Of a stretch of 64,000 bases of DNA, positions 61,606 to 64,000 are shown in pieces. The stretch is taken from the NCBI RefSeq assembly GCF_009834535.1, contig NC_045697.1, positions 46,130,001 through 46,194,000 of the forward strand, read 5' to 3'. Origin of the DNA: Camelus ferus. Lineage: Eukaryota. How positions within the stretch are numbered: position 1 is the first letter of the stretch; every line of letters begins with the position of its first letter. The notes below the pieces were generated by a model. It made no database searches. It saw nothing but the letters and a program-made list of their open reading frames with translations, and had not been told where the DNA came from. Position numbers and translations under genes: made by a program.

Positions 61606-62057
61606 TCAGTGGGTTGAATGGTGTTGTCCTCCAAAAGATATGGCAACATTCTAATCCCTAGAATCTGAGAGTGTGATCTTATTTGGAAAAATGGTCTTTG
61701 CAGACATAATTGTTTGGATTTTAAGATGAGATTACCCTACCTTACCTGATTGGTCTTTAAACGCAATGACAAGTGTCCTTATAAGAGACACACAAAAGAG
61801 TGATACATAAAAAAATGAGGTGAAGGCCATGGGAAGATGAAGGCAGAGATTCAGGTTAAGCAGCCATAAGCCAAGGAATGCCTAGAACCATCAGGAGTTG
61901 GAAGAGGCAAGTTGTTTTCTCCCTTAGAGCCTTTGGAAAGAGATTACACCTTGATTTTGGAGTCCTGGCCTCTAGAACTGTGAGAGAACACATTTCTGTT
62001 GTTCAAAGCCACAGGGTTTGTAGTAATTAATTATGGAAGCCTTAGGAAACAAATACA
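61606..62057 (+). mobile_element. MLT1 (C/D-like) 3' LTR
   Basis: gggttgaatgg...ccaaaagatat...cttatttggaaaa...agccaaggaatgcc...ctggcctctagaactgtgagagaa...ttaggaaacaaataca. Confidence 0.85.
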
Positions 62058-62169
62058 TTTACCTTGTTATGTTTTTAGATTTAGAGCTCTATCAAGGGAG
62101 GCTCACATCTTAGAAGAGCCCTCATATAGTTTTAGTTTCTTTATATAAGATTGGGAGCTGGATATTTTT

Positions 62170-62595
62170 GGTTCTGGCCTGATTGAGCATGACTGATTAG
62201 CTCACTGGCTATTGGTGATTGACTCAATCTCTAGCTCCCTTTCCCTCCCTGGAGATCAGAAACTGGCACTGAAAGTTCCTTCCAACCCTCTATTCATAGT
62301 TGGTTACCCTGGCCAAAAGTCACCTTCTTTAATGTAAACCTAGTTGTGGTGGAAAGGGGCTTGTGATGAATAATAAAACACCTGTTTCACCTTTGTGGCT
62401 CTGAAGCATTTTCAGGCACTAAGGATAAGAGACCAAGTATAACAAAAGATGTTCCTATTGCTGTTATTGCTCAGGAAATTCCAAGGGATTTGGGAGCTGT
62501 GAGCCAGGAACTCTGAATGAAGACCAAATATATATGAGAAATGTATTTTGGTCATCTGAATGATCAAAAATGTGTATTTCTTATAAATCACAATT
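62170..62595. mobile_element. MER21-like LTR fragment
   Basis: ataacaaaagatgttcct...tcaggaaattccaaggg...gccaggaac...agaccaaatatatat...atcacaa. Confidence 0.6.
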
Positions 62596-64000
62596 TCTAG
62601 CTGGCCATGGGATTTTTGTTTGCTTCTCTGTTTTAAGAGAGCTAAGTATTCAATTATACTGATTTTTAACTTTAGAGTCTTCCTGTGTTTACGAACAAAA
62701 ACAAAAACAAAAACTAGATGCTAGCTGAAAATCTCAGTCAAAGATCTAAATGAATATTGAAAAATAAGTCTTGGTATTTGAATTTTTCTGTTTTAACCTG
62801 GATTTTGAATGTCACTGACTATAGCCTTCATGTTAATTAACTTCAATCAAATGGAGACTATGATTTTAGCAAGAAATGTCAGAAAGAATAGGATAAGAAA
62901 AATATGTCAACTCTCACTATTCACGTTGCAGGCTTTAACTCCAAAATAATAGAATGACAGGCTATCTAAATTTATTCATGCAGAACAATTACTTCCCATA
63001 TCCGATTCATTACCATAGAGCCATGCTAACTCATGGTAGATTCATCTCTTTTATTTGCTTTCTCTGAAGGCATTTTTTTCACTTTACTGTTTACTGCTTG
63101 TCCAATATTTTGTTTTTTCTACTATTCTTTGTTCAAACTGCAAAAATCTGAAATAAAAATATAATATAGAAGTATAGGCATCAGCTAACATTTTCTATGG
63201 CATATGGTACTTCAGATGCCATATGTACCAGTGTTTAGTGATTCTGGCAAAGAGGCATAGAATGGTGAAATCCAACTGCCAGGATTGCTGAAAACAAATA
63301 TGTAAATGCTCCAGGGCTTTTGTTATTCATAACATACCTCTAACACAGCACATACAATATGCTGTTCATTCTGTAACTAGTATAACTAATAAACCACATT
63401 TTCCTCTCTTATTTTTTAAGGCTTCTCCAAGTCTGTGTGGTCTTCTGCCTCTAACCTTGAATCTCACTACTGAACTCTGCATTTCATGAGGCTCATATTA
63501 ATGAAAGAGGCCTAGGGGAATACATTCATCCTTTTTCAAGGGCATTTATTTATTTTTCAAATTAAAATCCGAAGTCTTCTGCAGGCCTCTTCTATGAAAC
63601 AAAGAAAACACACTGGGCATGTTCTCTAGGCAGCACAGTCACTAGAGGAAAGCAGCTAACACCAGGAAAGGCAAATCTGGGCAGGAGAACAGGAAAAGTT
63701 CCTTTGCTGTGAGGCTGCCCAGTGGTCTTCCCAACAGTGAAGCTCCACAGGATGTAATGTGACAAGAGGTCTGTAGATACAATTACTTTGAGAAGTGGAA
63801 ATAATGATAATTGTAATAACTTTTAAGCCTGTATGAAATGATCACAATTTAGAAAATAAAAGTTGACCTTGTTTGTTTTGTTGGCCTTTCTCTGCTGGTT
63901 TAGACATGGCTGATGGGAAGCATACCTAATCTCCTCTTTTCTGTTTCATAGATGGGAAATGTACACAAAGTGGAAAGAACAGCAGACTAGCGGCTAGGCA

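Noticed and set aside
1..64000. Neighbouring genes FGF5/ANTXR2 or any prokaryote-type system
   Set aside because: No exon of either neighbour was recognised. The DNA is intron-containing mammalian sequence with no operons, rRNA or CRISPR arrays.

Overview
Mammalian genomic DNA, probably camelid (inferred from a vic-1-like tRNA-derived SINE and recurrent young L1 3' tails), with one protein-coding gene. PRDM8 (PR/SET domain plus three zinc fingers) lies on the minus strand as three coding exons (32646-32428, 31426-31195, 30785-29155). All introns are GT-AG and the exons join in frame to 693 aa. There is a non-coding first exon ending at 34921, a poly(A) signal at 28394-28399 and a probable distal promoter/first exon at about 47877-48230. 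Several CpG-rich islands span about 25-48 kb. The flanks (1-24 kb, 50-64 kb) are AT-rich and full of decayed L1, L2, MIR, MER20/MER5 and MaLR/ERVL repeats, including a multi-layer nested cluster at 52-62 kb. I see no new multi-gene system. The best leads are regulatory or isoform-level: (1) a distal exon whose ATG would add 71 residues in frame if spliced directly to the ATG exon; (2) a 20-unit GGGGAT/GGGGCT G-quadruplex-prone repeat beside the distal promoter; (3) an NFI/E-box-dense enhancer candidate; (4) a strong-context 4-codon uORF; (5) a NAGNAG, UG-rich final acceptor; (6) CTCF motifs that could insulate the gene. Repeat family names and human comparisons come from recalled consensus/protein sequences, not a database search. 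Island and repeat boundaries are approximate.
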